Shown here: piece after piece, positions 9,284 to 19,159 of the stretch
Layout of the letters: each line of letters opens with the position of its first letter
Numbering within the stretch: position 1 is the stretch's first letter
Translations under genes and position numbers: made by a program
Origin: Candidatus Zambryskibacteria bacterium RIFCSPLOWO2_02_FULL_51_21
GTDB taxonomy: Bacteria; Patescibacteriota; Minisyncoccia; Phycocordibacterales; Zambryskibacteraceae
NCBI GenBank assembly: GCA_001824255.1
Contig: MHWQ01000002.1
Location: 57,298-121,297, forward strand
Direction of reading: 5' to 3'
DNA length: 64,000 nucleotides
Notes under the pieces: model-generated
What the model was told of the DNA's origin: nothing
The model's input: the letters and a program-made list of their open reading frames with translations, nothing else
The model's database searches: none

Positions 9284-10438
9284 CTATAAACTTATCTTCT
9301 TGAGATACTGCGGAAGGATGGAAATGGGGATGGTGTCCTGGGCGCGGGTTTGGATATTCCTGATAGTGGCGGTGCCGTCGAGGGCTTCCTTGTGGCCGAT
9401 GATTATGAGATACGAGACGCGCAGAGCCTCGGCGCTCGAGAGCTGGGCGGCCAGCTTGTCCTTGCCGAGGAAATGGTGTACGGGTATATGGTTCTCGCGC
9501 AAATTCTCGATGAGCGTGAGGGTCTTCATCTTGGCTTCGCGTCCAAGCTGGACGAGGTAGAACTTTGGCTTCGGCAGTTGTTTGTAAATTCTTCTGGCGG
9601 CGTCCTTCACTCCGGAGAAAATGGATACTCCGGCCATGGGAATCTCCTTCTTCAGTCCGAGTTTCCTGGTGAGGCGCGAGTAGCGGTAGCCCGTGGCGAG
9701 GACGTGCTCCGCTTCGTTCTCGATGCTCTTCACGGCGAAGATGGCGTGCGAGCAATGATTCCTCTCTCCCACGAGCGAGGGCTCGAGGCGGAAGTCGACC
9801 CCGAGAGACTCGAGGTATTCGAGCACTTCTTTGAAGTGTATCCTGCTCGCGGAGGAAAGGTAGGAGAGCGAAGATGGCGCGGCTCCTCGGAGTTGTATGA
9901 TTTCCTCCTCCTCGCGGCGGAAAATATTCCACGGGTCCTGCCGCAAACTTTCCTTGAGTTCAGGGTTGAGCGAGCCGCCGAATTTCCTCACGTAGCTCGC
10001 GAGCTCGCGTTCGTAAAGGGCGATGGAATCCTTGTCGCCGATGGAATTGATGTCCACGCGCAGATTCTTGTGCCCTTCTTCCGAGAGGATTGAGAGCGCA
10101 GCGCGGATGAGGGCCGCCTCGGCAATGCCCGTCGAAGCGCCGATGAAGTGGAGAGAATAGCCCTGCCTGCCGGCAGGCAGGCGGCCAGCTTTCCTTTTGT
10201 AAACCAGCGCCAGGGGATGGGACAGGGAGGCGAAGTTGTTGTCCACGTAGCTTCGTATAAGGGCCGCCTTCTCCGCCGCGTCGAAGTAGGGATGTTCGCC
10301 GCAATGCTTCACGGCTTCCAGGTCCGCTTCGGAGATTCGCGGAGCCGCTACCGGCATGAAGCCGAAGTAACTCGCGGTCAAGAGGGGTTTGTCGAATTCG
10401 TTTAAGCTCCAGACCGGTTTTGCCGCTTCTTTAAGCAT
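9284..10438 (-). CDS. Degenerate histidyl-tRNA-synthetase paralog with C-terminal anticodon-binding domain
   Basis: HisRS-like layout ('INSIGD', 'HFKEVLEYLE', HGTP-like C-terminus), but motif 2 and RGLDYY/GGRYD are degenerate. Start set at MLKEAAK. Confidence 0.75.
   Translation of the reverse strand: MLKEAAKPVWSLNEFDKPLLTASYFGFMPVAAPRISEADLEAVKHCGEHPYFDAAEKAALIRSYVDNNFASLSHPLALVYKRKAGRLPAGRQGYSLHFIGASTGIAEAALIRAALSILSEEGHKNLRVDINSIGDKDSIALYERELASYVRKFGGSLNPELKESLRQDPWNIFRREEEEIIQLRGAAPSSLSYLSSASRIHFKEVLEYLESLGVDFRLEPSLVGERNHCSHAIFAVKSIENEAEHVLATGYRYSRLTRKLGLKKEIPMAGVSIFSGVKDAARRIYKQLPKPKFYLVQLGREAKMKTLTLIENLRENHIPVHHFLGKDKLAAQLSSAEALRVSYLIIIGHKEALDGTATIRNIQTRAQDTIPISILPQYLKKISL
10162..10181. 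repeat. 20-bp perfect palindrome CCTGCCTGCCGGCAGGCAGG, copy 1 (in CDS)
   Basis: Identical to 54972-54991; encodes part of 'RLPAGRQG'. Confidence 0.9.
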
Positions 10439-10439
10439 G

Positions 10440-10994
10440 TTAGTTTGGAAAATCGTGATCGCCAGGAAACAAAGCCGGCGACAGGAAGCGCACGACCGGC
10501 CGGCCGACGATATTCTCCTCCGGCAGTGCTCCCCAGATGCGGGAATCAGAGCTTGCCGCGCGGTTGTCTCCCATGACGAAGTATTCCTTGTCACCAAGAG
10601 TCTTGCGCAAGTTCTCGTCTTTTGGAAATTTTACGTAGGGTTCCTCGAGTTTGAATCCCTCCGGATTTTCCTTATTGATTATAGTCACTTGCCCGCGGTT
10701 TATTGCCACAGTTTCCCCCGGCAGGCCGATGATGCGCTTGATGTAATACTTATCGGGATTGGGAGGCGCCTCGAAGACGACAACTTCGCCGCGCTCAGGC
10801 GCCTTGAAGCGGTAGGAGACCTCGTCGATGATGAGATAGTTGCCGTTGCCGAAGGTGGGATACATGGAGAGGCCGTCCACGATGAAGGGCTGTGCCACAT
10901 AAAGCCGGAAGGGGATGACGATGACGACAGCGAGGATAATGAGCTTCACAAGTTCTCTCCAAAATTCGGAACGAGGAGATTTTTGTTCATCCAT
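10440..10994 (-). CDS. lepB: Signal peptidase I
   Basis: TM helix, GLSMYPT (catalytic Ser), YIKRIIGLPGE (Lys), GDNR..SSDSR. Confidence 0.96.
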   Translation of the reverse strand: MDEQKSPRSEFWRELVKLIILAVVIVIPFRLYVAQPFIVDGLSMYPTFGNGNYLIIDEVSYRFKAPERGEVVVFEAPPNPDKYYIKRIIGLPGETVAINRGQVTIINKENPEGFKLEEPYVKFPKDENLRKTLGDKEYFVMGDNRAASSDSRIWGALPEENIVGRPVVRFLSPALFPGDHDFPN

Positions 10995-11038
10995 TTGCAG
11001 AGATTGTAATGCTTAAGTTTATTTGACACAATAGCGAC

Positions 11039-11563
11039 ATGTATATCGCCGTTGGTTTAGGCAATCCGGGAGACGAGTATGCGAAATCTCGGCACAATAC
11101 TGGCAGGATGGCAGCGGATTTTCTTAGCGGAAAATTATCAGGAGTTAAGACCTTAACTCCCGATACCTTCATGAACCTCTCCGGCAAGTTCGTCGGGAAG
11201 CACGTGAAGTCGAAAAAAGCCGCGCAGAAGCTAATCGTGCTCTACGACGACCTCGATTTGCCTCTCGGAACGATGAAAATTTCTTATGACCGCGGTTCCG
11301 GCGGACATCGCGGGCTTGAGAGCATTATCCGTGCTCTCAAGACGAAAGAATTTATCAGAATCCGCATTGGCACTTCGCCCTCGACCCCTTCCGGCAAGTT
11401 GAAGAAGCCCTTGGGCGAGAAAAACGTAGAAAAACATATTCTGAGCGAATTTAAAAAACCGGAAATGGAAATTTTGAAAAAAGTTTTCAAGAAGGTCGCC
11501 GCCGCGGTCGAGACAATCGCCGCTTCCGGCCTCCAGTCCGCCATGACGGAGTTTAATAAATAG
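11039..11563 (+). CDS. pth: Peptidyl-tRNA hydrolase
   Basis: GLGNPG..Y..SRHNTG, TFMNLSG, YDDLDL, GGHRGL. Confidence 0.96.
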   Translation: MYIAVGLGNPGDEYAKSRHNTGRMAADFLSGKLSGVKTLTPDTFMNLSGKFVGKHVKSKKAAQKLIVLYDDLDLPLGTMKISYDRGSGGHRGLESIIRALKTKEFIRIRIGTSPSTPSGKLKKPLGEKNVEKHILSEFKKPEMEILKKVFKKVAAAVETIAASGLQSAMTEFNK

Positions 11564-11564
11564 G

Positions 11565-12155
11565 ATGCAAATAGAAGTAGAAGCCAAGTTTCCTGATACT
11601 GACCCGGATTCATTAAGAGAGAAATTGAAAAGTCTTGGTGCGACTTTAGAATATCCGGAAGTGCTGATGCGCAGGAAAGTTTTCGATTATGAAGACAGAA
11701 GGCTCGAGAAAATCGGTGGCTGGATAAGAGTGAGAGATGAGGGGAATAAAATTACTCTCACTTACAAACAACTCAACGACAGAACTCTACACGGAACGAA
11801 AGAAGTGGAAGTTATCGTGGACGACTTCGATAAAACGTGCGAACTTCTTCTTGCGATAGGGCTGAAACTAAGATCGTATCAGGAAACCAGGAGAGAGAAG
11901 TGGAAACTGAACGGAGTGGAAATCACGATAGACACCTGGCCCTGGATACCAACGTTTGTCGAAGTGGAAGCCACCGACGAGGCGTCTGTGAGAAAGGCGG
12001 TTGAACTTCTCGGCTTCGACTGGAGCCAGGCTAGGCACGGAAGCGTCGAGAATATCTATCAAATGCACTACGACTTCTCCGACGAGGAAATAGACCATTG
12101 GGAATCAATCACCTTTATCCCGGAGCCGGAATGGCTCTTGGCGAAGAAGAAATAA
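11565..12155 (+). CDS. CYTH-domain protein (class IV adenylate cyclase-like)
   Basis: N-terminal EVEAK, IRVRDE, TLTYK, FVEVE. Confidence 0.88.
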   Translation: MQIEVEAKFPDTDPDSLREKLKSLGATLEYPEVLMRRKVFDYEDRRLEKIGGWIRVRDEGNKITLTYKQLNDRTLHGTKEVEVIVDDFDKTCELLLAIGLKLRSYQETRREKWKLNGVEITIDTWPWIPTFVEVEATDEASVRKAVELLGFDWSQARHGSVENIYQMHYDFSDEEIDHWESITFIPEPEWLLAKKK

Positions 12156-12186
12156 CAAAAACGCCCCACTCGGGGCGTTTTTGTTA
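12153..12186. terminator. Bidirectional intrinsic terminator
   Basis: AAAAACGCCCC/GGGGCGTTTTT between convergent genes. Confidence 0.85.
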
Positions 12187-12200
12187 GAGAGAAGTTTAAT

Positions 12201-13379
12201 TTATTTCTTCTCGACGAACGAGAGGGCCATCTTCTGTTCCTTGGGGTCGAAGAGGGTGATTTTGAAGGAATACACTTTGCCCATCTCGAGTTTCTCGCGG
12301 AGCTTTTCCTCCGAACCGCCGAATTCCGAGACATGGATGAGGCCGGCCACACCTTCCTCGATAGAGGCGAGCGCGCCGTGCTTGTTGTACTTGATGATAA
12401 CGCCCTCGACCACGTCGTCCTTCTTGTAGGCCTTGGCGGCGTCCTTCCACGGATTCTCCTTGAGCGCCTTGATGGAGAGGGAAATCTTGTCGTCCTTAAT
12501 CTCGATAACTTTCACCCGCACCTTCTCGCCGATTTTGAACATGGTCTTCGGGTTTTCTACCAGGCCCCAGTCAATTTCGGAAATATGCACCAGTCCTTCG
12601 AGGCCGTCCTCAATCTTGACGAAGACGCCGAAGTCGACAAGCCCCGTCACTTCGCCCGTGAGCTCGTCGCCCAGAGCGTACTTCGAGACGATATTCTCCT
12701 TGTCCTTCGTTTCCGGAGATTTCTCGGAGAAGATGAGTTTGCCTTCCTTGGGATTGACGCCGATGATGGTGACACTAAGTTTTTCGCCAACGAGTTTTCG
12801 GAGCTCATCGAGAATCTTGTCTTTGTCGCCATCGGAGATGCGGGGATAATGCTCGGGTTTGAGCTGGGATGCCGGCAGGAAGCCCGTGATGCCCTGCCAG
12901 TTGATGATGAGCCCGCCCTTGTTGGCGTCCGTGATAGGGAGTTCGAAGACCCGTTTCTCGCGGATGGCGTCCTCGGCTTCGTTCCAGATGATGGCCTGGC
13001 GCGCTTCCTTGAGAGAAATTTCTATGTAACCTTCTTTGCCGCCGATGCCCACGACCTTGCCGGCAACGATGTCGCCCACGTTAATCTTCTTGATAATGTC
13101 GCGGGCGTTCATGAACTCGCGGCCGAAGATAATGCCCGTGCCGAAAGGCGGCAGGTCCACGTAGACCGCTCCCTTGTCTATAGAAATCACCGGTCCCTCA
13201 ACGAGGTCATCGACCGCCGGGGGCGTCGGAATTGATTCTAGAAATGCATCCACCCCTTCCGTAGGTTTCCCCTTTGCAGGGGCAACCTTTTCTATTTCTT
13301 TCTTTTCTTCCTCCGCCCTGCCAAGGGGGAGGCTGGTGGGGGTCTCTTCAATCTTTTTCTTGCGTCCGAATAATGCCAT
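12201..13379 (-). CDS. rpsA: 30S ribosomal protein bS1-like (four S1 domains)
   Basis: Repeated S1 domains (GFLPASQL, FGVFV..GLVHISEI, GLIHVSE). Start set at MALFGR. Confidence 0.85.
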   Translation of the reverse strand: MALFGRKKKIEETPTSLPLGRAEEEKKEIEKVAPAKGKPTEGVDAFLESIPTPPAVDDLVEGPVISIDKGAVYVDLPPFGTGIIFGREFMNARDIIKKINVGDIVAGKVVGIGGKEGYIEISLKEARQAIIWNEAEDAIREKRVFELPITDANKGGLIINWQGITGFLPASQLKPEHYPRISDGDKDKILDELRKLVGEKLSVTIIGVNPKEGKLIFSEKSPETKDKENIVSKYALGDELTGEVTGLVDFGVFVKIEDGLEGLVHISEIDWGLVENPKTMFKIGEKVRVKVIEIKDDKISLSIKALKENPWKDAAKAYKKDDVVEGVIIKYNKHGALASIEEGVAGLIHVSEFGGSEEKLREKLEMGKVYSFKITLFDPKEQKMALSFVEKK

Positions 13380-13470
13380 TTGAGAATGCCGCAATCGGCT
13401 CGTGAGCTTGCTGAATGGTTGCCATAGCTCCCGAGATTAACAATTGCGGGTTCTAATAAAGAACCGTATT
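13380..13470 (-). promoter_or_regulatory. Structured 5' leader of rpsA (candidate r-leader)
   Basis: Nested stems GGTTCT/AGAACC; CCGCAATTG/CGATTGCGG enclosing CTCG/CGAG, GAGCT/AGCTC and ATGG/CCAT; promoter TTTACA-16-TACCTT upstream. Confidence 0.5.
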
Positions 13471-13496
13471 AAGGTAACACAAAGCGAGGAAATGTA

Positions 13497-13526
13497 AAAG
13501 GGCCGCGACATTGTCGTCGCGGCCCA
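13497..13526 (-). terminator. Intrinsic terminator
   Basis: GGGCCGCGAC/GTCGCGGCCC stem plus TTTT on the minus strand. Confidence 0.75.
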
Positions 13527-13561
13527 GAATGTTCTCCCAGGATCCGCCTGGTGCGGCGTTG

Positions 13562-14440
13562 TTAGACCATCACGACCACGTACTCGCCCTGGTCGCTGGC
13601 GTTCTCCGTCTGGGCCCACTTGAAGGTTCCCAACGGAATCTCCGTGTCGCCGTTGACGCCGGTGACTCGGTAGCCCTTGGTGCCTTCATCGTCGATCATC
13701 ACGTGGTCGTATGGACCGTAGCGATGGAACGACGCGGCCGGAGGAGGTGGCACAGGCGCCGGGCCCTCGACGATGGGACGCGGTCCCATGGGTCGCGGAC
13801 GAGCCTGCGGTTGTGGCTGGACATCTCGGCTTCGTCCCGTCAGGTTCTCGTAGAGTTCCCGACCCAAGACAAACGCGAGAGCGAGCAGCATGGCAACGAG
13901 CGCCAGCGCAAGCAGGAACAGGAACAGGTTCCAGAGTCCGTGCCAGAGTGAACGAAGCCACCCAGGCATGGTGTACCCGCCGCTGTTCTCGCTCACAATG
14001 GGGGCCGCCTCGGTGGTTTTCTCGACGACCGGCGATGTCATGTACGTGATTTGGTGAGCCAACAGGAAGCTGATCCTGTTGCCGCAGCTCGCGAGGTAGC
14101 GCGGCTCGCCGCTCGCGTTGCTCGCCCAGACCATCGTGCCCTTGTCGAGCCAGATGACTTCGAACGTGCGCCGTCCCCGGATCTCGTTGACGTACCAACC
14201 CTCGGTTTTCAGCGGCTCCTTGTGGAGCTGCAGAATGCGGGCATCGCGCTCGGAGAGTTTTCCACCCAGTGGCGGGAACGCCTCGAGGTTGATGTAGTCC
14301 GGCGCCATCCATGTCTGGCTGCCGATGACGACCTTCTCGTAGCCGTAGTACGGCTGTTTGTCGTTGGCCGTCTGCGCGGACACCGGCATTGCGAGCGCCG
14401 CCATGGCCAGGATGAGGATGAACAACGCAAACTTCTTCAT
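13562..14440 (-). CDS. Hypothetical secreted/membrane protein with CGN motif
   Basis: Signal peptide, internal TM helix, Pro-rich tail; TTGACA-17-TAAGAT promoter and AAGGAG SD. Confidence 0.75.
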   Translation of the reverse strand: MKKFALFILILAMAALAMPVSAQTANDKQPYYGYEKVVIGSQTWMAPDYINLEAFPPLGGKLSERDARILQLHKEPLKTEGWYVNEIRGRRTFEVIWLDKGTMVWASNASGEPRYLASCGNRISFLLAHQITYMTSPVVEKTTEAAPIVSENSGGYTMPGWLRSLWHGLWNLFLFLLALALVAMLLALAFVLGRELYENLTGRSRDVQPQPQARPRPMGPRPIVEGPAPVPPPPAASFHRYGPYDHVMIDDEGTKGYRVTGVNGDTEIPLGTFKWAQTENASDQGEYVVVMV

Positions 14441-14566
14441 GATGCAATCTCCTTGAGCCGGGGGAAATGCTTTCGCAGGTCCCAGCTGTCTATGTCTATC
14501 TTAGCATATTTCACCTTGTTTGTCAAGCGTGAAAATAAGCCCTATTTTTGGTATAATTTGGGAGTA

Positions 14567-15094
14567 ATGATAATCACTTATCAGGGTAAAACAGCGTTCA
14601 AAATCTCCCAGGGAAGCTTGGGTTTGAGCATCAATCCAAAGGCCAAAACGAGCGCCGATGTGACGCTCTTTACCGGCTCGGCCGAAGAGACTTCTGACAA
14701 ATCAGGCTTCGTAATTACCGGCCCCGGTGAATACGAAATCAAAGATATTTTCATAAAAGGATTTCTCGCCAAGGATGGCACGGGTTTCAAAACTACGTAT
14801 CTCTCAACGTTTGAAGGTATGAAGCTCTGTTTCCTCGGCTCACTTGAAGCGCCGGAGGAAATTGAAGACGTGGATATCCTCTTCGTGCCGGTCAATTCCG
14901 ACCCCACCAAGGCCTACAAGCTCGCGGTCTCACTCGAACCATCCGTCATCATTCCAATGGACTACGACGAGAAGTCACTGGAACAGTTCGTGAAAGAGGG
15001 TGGAGAAAAGGCGGAACCGATTGACAAGCTGGTGGTGAAGAAGAAAGATTTAGAGGGAAAAGAAAGTGAAATAGTGGTGCTTAAAGAAGAATGA
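14567..15094 (+). CDS. MBL-fold (Lactamase_B_3-like) protein lacking the metal-binding motif
   Basis: MIITYQG..FKI, GPGEYEIKD, VDILFVPV, LEPSVIIPM; no HxHxDH. TATAAT at 14552. Confidence 0.75.
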   Translation: MIITYQGKTAFKISQGSLGLSINPKAKTSADVTLFTGSAEETSDKSGFVITGPGEYEIKDIFIKGFLAKDGTGFKTTYLSTFEGMKLCFLGSLEAPEEIEDVDILFVPVNSDPTKAYKLAVSLEPSVIIPMDYDEKSLEQFVKEGGEKAEPIDKLVVKKKDLEGKESEIVVLKEE

Positions 15095-15405
15095 GAAAAT
15101 ATCTCTCCACTTTGCATAAGAGGTCGCCCAAGCACAAGAAACGTTTCGCGCTTCTGGCTTCCGGCGGATTCACCCTGATTATTTTTGCCGTCTGGGTTGC
15201 CGTAAACTTCGGCTCGACGGTACTCCCTGGAAATGGCACGGAAGCCGCTGCTAAGAAAGCCGTGGAAGGCCCCAATCCTTTCGGCTCGCTTATGCGCGGA
15301 CTCGAATCGAGCTTCGAGAGCTTGCGCGACAGTCTCAAATCAGTCGAACTCAAATCCGGCTATGAGAATATGAAGAACAACTCTTTGAATATTTATGGCA
15401 GATAA
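15091..15405 (+). CDS. Hypothetical single-TM protein
   Basis: ATGA overlap with the upstream gene, overlap with the gyrA start, one TM helix. Confidence 0.65.
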   Translation: MRKYLSTLHKRSPKHKKRFALLASGGFTLIIFAVWVAVNFGSTVLPGNGTEAAAKKAVEGPNPFGSLMRGLESSFESLRDSLKSVELKSGYENMKNNSLNIYGR

Positions 15406-17845
15406 ATCTCCCGAAAAACCGGCAGCAAACCCGAGAGTAGTAACACGCGCTATAACCTCCGAGATGAAGGAGAGCTTCATCGACTACGCCATGTCGGTTA
15501 TCACCGACCGCGCCTTGCCCGACGTGCGCGACGGCTTGAAGCCGGTGCACCGCCGCATCCTCTATGCCATGAATGAGATTGGCCTGAACTCCTCGGCCAA
15601 GACCAGGAAGTCAGCCACAGTAGTTGGAGAAGTGCTCGGCAAGTACCATCCGCACGGCGACGTCGCGGTCTATGATTCGATGGTCAAGATGGCGCAGGAT
15701 TTCTCCATGCGCTATCCGCTTATCGTCGGTCAGGGCAACTTCGGCTCGATAGACGGCGACGGCGCGGCGGCCATGCGCTACACCGAGGCCAAGATGAGCA
15801 GAATGGCGGGTGAGATGCTCAAGGATATCGACAAGGAGACAGTCGACTTCAAACCCAACTACGACGGCACGCATAAAGAGCCGGTAGTTCTCCCGACAGT
15901 TGTGCCGAATCTTCTCTTGAACGGCACTCTGGGCATCGCCGTCGGCATGGCGACGAATATCCCGCCCCACAATCTAGGTGAAGTGGTCGATGCTGCGTTG
16001 CATCTAGCCGATAATCCGGATTCATCGACTGAAGACCTGGTCAAGTTTGTGAAGGGGCCCGACTTCCCGACCGGCGGAATAATTTTCAATGAGAAAGATA
16101 TTCATCATGCTTACGCCACGGGCCGCGGCGGAGTAGTGGCGAGAGGCGTGGCCGATATCACCGAGAACAAGGCGGGCAATTTCCAAATCGTCATCACCGA
16201 AATTCCTTACCGCGTCAACAAGTCTGACCTTATAGAAAAGATTGCCGACCTGCATCGGGAAAAAAAGATTGACGGCATCAAGGCCATGCGCGACGAGTCG
16301 GCCAAGGACATTCGCATCGTCATCGACTTGAAGCAGGGAAGTCAGCCGCAGAAAGTTCTGAACGCTCTATACAAGCACACCCAGCTCGAGGATACCTTCC
16401 ACTTCAACATCGTAGCGCTTGTTGACGGCGTGCCGCAGACCTTGTCACTCAAATCGATGCTTGCCGAATTCCTGAAGCACCGCGAAACGGTGGTCAGGCG
16501 CCGCGCCATCTACGACCTTGCTCGCGCGGAAGAGCGCGAGCATATATTACTTGGCCTTTCGAAGGCGCTCGACCATATCGATGAAATCGTGAAGCTCATC
16601 AAAGCATCGAAGACCGTCGACGAAGCGCGCGAGAATTTAATCAAACGCTTCAAGTTCTCGGAAATCCAGGCCAACGCCATTCTCGAAATGCGTCTGCAGA
16701 AGCTCGCTGGCCTTGAACGCCAGAAGATTGAAGATGAACTGAAAGAAGTGCAGGCATTTATAAAAGAGATGAAGGAATTGCTGGCCTCGCCCAAGAAAAT
16801 TTTGAAAGTTATAAAGGATGAACTCGCGGCTGTCCGCGAGAAGTACGGCGACGAGCGCAGGACCAAAGTGGTCAGAGGAGGAGTGAAGCAGCTCTCGGTC
16901 GAGGACCTCGTGCCCGAGGAGGACAACGCGCTCGTCCTCACTTCCGGCGGTTACATCAAGCGCACCAATCCGGAGGAATACAGGAGGCAGAGAAGGGGAG
17001 GTATCGGCGTCGTTGACCTGGACACCAAGGAAGAGGACTTCGTGACGCAGATTCTCTACGCTTCGACGCATGATGACCTCCTCTTCTTCACCGACAAGGG
17101 CAAGGCCTATCAGATCAAGATGTATGACCTGCCGGAGGGCAAGCGCGCCACCAAGGGCAAGTCGATTATGAACTTCATTTCCCTCTCGGCGGAGGAGAAA
17201 GTCACTTCTATCCTGGCGATGGACAAGGAATCGAAGAATATCGTCGGTTCGCTTCTCCTGGTGACGGAGAATGGCACGGCGAAGAAAGTTTCCGCCAAGT
17301 CCTTCACCGACGTGCGCTCCTCGGGCATCATCGCCATGCGGCTCGCGCCCGGCGACAAGCTGGTTTCCGTCGAACAGGTGCAGGCGGGGGACGACGTTTC
17401 CATAGTGACGAGAGAGGGCCAGTCGATAAGATTCAAGGAATCGGGACTCCGCGAGATGGGCCGCGCCGCCGGCGGCGTGAGGGGCATCAAACTCGAGAAG
17501 GGTGACGCGGTAGTAGGCGCGCATGTTATAAAAAATAATTTGAAGGGCGGGCATCTCCTCGTCATCTCCGGCGCGGGTTACGGCAAGAGGACGAAGCTCT
17601 CCGAATACAAAGCGCAAGGCAGGGGCGGCTCGGGCATCCTCACTTCGAAAGTGACGAGTAAAACCGGCAAGGTTATCACTTCGCAGATTGTGGATGAAGA
17701 AGAGGAAGTTATCGCCATTTCCAAGAAAAGCCAGGTGGTCAGAGTCGACCTCAATGAGATTCCGGTCCTCGGCCGCCAGACTCAGGGTGTCCGCATTATG
17801 AAATTACGGGAAGGGGATAGCATTGCTTCCCTCATCTGTCTATAG
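15395..17845 (+). CDS. gyrA: DNA gyrase subunit A
   Basis: [22 protein letters not shown], GyrA-box QRRGGIG and C-terminal pinwheel repeats. Confidence 0.98.
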   Translation: MADKSPEKPAANPRVVTRAITSEMKESFIDYAMSVITDRALPDVRDGLKPVHRRILYAMNEIGLNSSAKTRKSATVVGEVLGKYHPHGDVAVYDSMVKMAQDFSMRYPLIVGQGNFGSIDGDGAAAMRYTEAKMSRMAGEMLKDIDKETVDFKPNYDGTHKEPVVLPTVVPNLLLNGTLGIAVGMATNIPPHNLGEVVDAALHLADNPDSSTEDLVKFVKGPDFPTGGIIFNEKDIHHAYATGRGGVVARGVADITENKAGNFQIVITEIPYRVNKSDLIEKIADLHREKKIDGIKAMRDESAKDIRIVIDLKQGSQPQKVLNALYKHTQLEDTFHFNIVALVDGVPQTLSLKSMLAEFLKHRETVVRRRAIYDLARAEEREHILLGLSKALDHIDEIVKLIKASKTVDEARENLIKRFKFSEIQANAILEMRLQKLAGLERQKIEDELKEVQAFIKEMKELLASPKKILKVIKDELAAVREKYGDERRTKVVRGGVKQLSVEDLVPEEDNALVLTSGGYIKRTNPEEYRRQRRGGIGVVDLDTKEEDFVTQILYASTHDDLLFFTDKGKAYQIKMYDLPEGKRATKGKSIMNFISLSAEEKVTSILAMDKESKNIVGSLLLVTENGTAKKVSAKSFTDVRSSGIIAMRLAPGDKLVSVEQVQAGDDVSIVTREGQSIRFKESGLREMGRAAGGVRGIKLEKGDAVVGAHVIKNNLKGGHLLVISGAGYGKRTKLSEYKAQGRGGSGILTSKVTSKTGKVITSQIVDEEEEVIAISKKSQVVRVDLNEIPVLGRQTQGVRIMKLREGDSIASLICL

Positions 17846-17863
17846 TCGTGTTACAATTAGGGC

Positions 17864-19147
17864 ATGAGTAAGTTCCAGATTATTCTCCTTTCTGTATTCG
17901 GAGCATTCATACTTCTGGCGGTGCTTATTTTTGCCCTCTATCGCGGCGGAGCCGGCAGCCAGAACGCGACCATTGTGGTCTGGGGAGACATTCCATCCGA
18001 AGCCATTACGCCGGTTCTCGACTCCGTCGTGCCGACGATAGACAAAACGCTCGTCATCCGCTATGTCGAGAAAAGTTCCGACAAAATAGATGCGGAATTT
18101 ACCGAAGCATTGGCTCAAGGCAATGGTCCCGACCTTCTTATCCTTACTCAAGACCGCTTTCTCAAGAATAAATCCAAACTCATCTTCATCCCTTACGACA
18201 GTATCGGCAGAAGCGATTTCCAGCAGGCTTTCGCCGAGGAAGGAGAGCTCTTCCTAACTGACCAGGGCGTTTACGGCTTGCCGCTCGCCATAGACCCAGT
18301 GATTCTTTATTACAACCGCGACCTCTTGTCCTCGGCGGGAGAAGCGAAGCCGATTTCCTATTGGGACGAGCTTTATCCCATGACTTTGAAACTCACCAAG
18401 AAGGACGCCGCGGGCAATCTCACCCAGTCGGCCATTGCTCTCGGCGAAACCAGGAATATTCCGAACTTCAAAGAGATTATGTCACTCCTTCTTATGCAAG
18501 CCGGCACGCCCGTGACGCAGATAATCAACGGAAGTCTCCGTTCGGCACTCTCGGAAACCTTCGGTCTGCCTGTCGCTCCGGGCGATTCGGCGCTCGACTT
18601 CTATACCCAATTCTCGAATCCCGCCAAGGCCTATTACAGCTGGAATCGCGTCCTGCCCTCGGCCGAAACGCACTTCGCGAGCGGGGACTCGGCGTATTAC
18701 CTCGGCTTCGCGAGCGAACTCACATCGCTCCGCAAGAAGAATCCAAATCTCAATCTGGGGCTCGCTCCTGTGCCTCAGTCGAGAGTCTCGGGGAAGAAGC
18801 TCACTTACGGCCGTCTCTACGTGGTTTCCATAACCCGCGGCGCACGAAGCGCCGCCCCGGCGCTTCGTGCAGTTCTTCTTCTCTCGTCGAAGCCGGTGGC
18901 GGAACAGCTGGCCAAGAATCTTGGCCTGCCGCCGGCGAGACGAGATTTGCTCTCGGTGAGGCAGACGGACGCAATACTGCCTGTTTTCTACGAATCAGCG
19001 CTTCAGTCCAAGGGCTGGCTCGACCCGGAAAATGTTACTACCCGTAACATTTTCCAAGCTATGATTGATTCGGTAACCAGTGGCCGTGCCAGAACTTCCG
19101 AGGCTCTCGGTGCCGCGAGTAGAAGTCTGGGAAACCTTATAAAATAA
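17864..19147 (+). CDS. Extracellular solute-binding protein (family 1-like), N-terminally anchored
   Basis: TM anchor, 'EALAQGNGPDL', 'VYGLPLAIDPVILYYNRDL'. Confidence 0.85.
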   Translation: MSKFQIILLSVFGAFILLAVLIFALYRGGAGSQNATIVVWGDIPSEAITPVLDSVVPTIDKTLVIRYVEKSSDKIDAEFTEALAQGNGPDLLILTQDRFLKNKSKLIFIPYDSIGRSDFQQAFAEEGELFLTDQGVYGLPLAIDPVILYYNRDLLSSAGEAKPISYWDELYPMTLKLTKKDAAGNLTQSAIALGETRNIPNFKEIMSLLLMQAGTPVTQIINGSLRSALSETFGLPVAPGDSALDFYTQFSNPAKAYYSWNRVLPSAETHFASGDSAYYLGFASELTSLRKKNPNLNLGLAPVPQSRVSGKKLTYGRLYVVSITRGARSAAPALRAVLLLSSKPVAEQLAKNLGLPPARRDLLSVRQTDAILPVFYESALQSKGWLDPENVTTRNIFQAMIDSVTSGRARTSEALGAASRSLGNLIK

Positions 19148-19159
19148 ATTTACTAATAT

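Noticed and set aside
14051-14566. 347-aa ORF 14051..15094 as one protein
   Set aside because: The 5' part is antisense to the 13562-14440 gene and crosses promoters; the real start is 14567.
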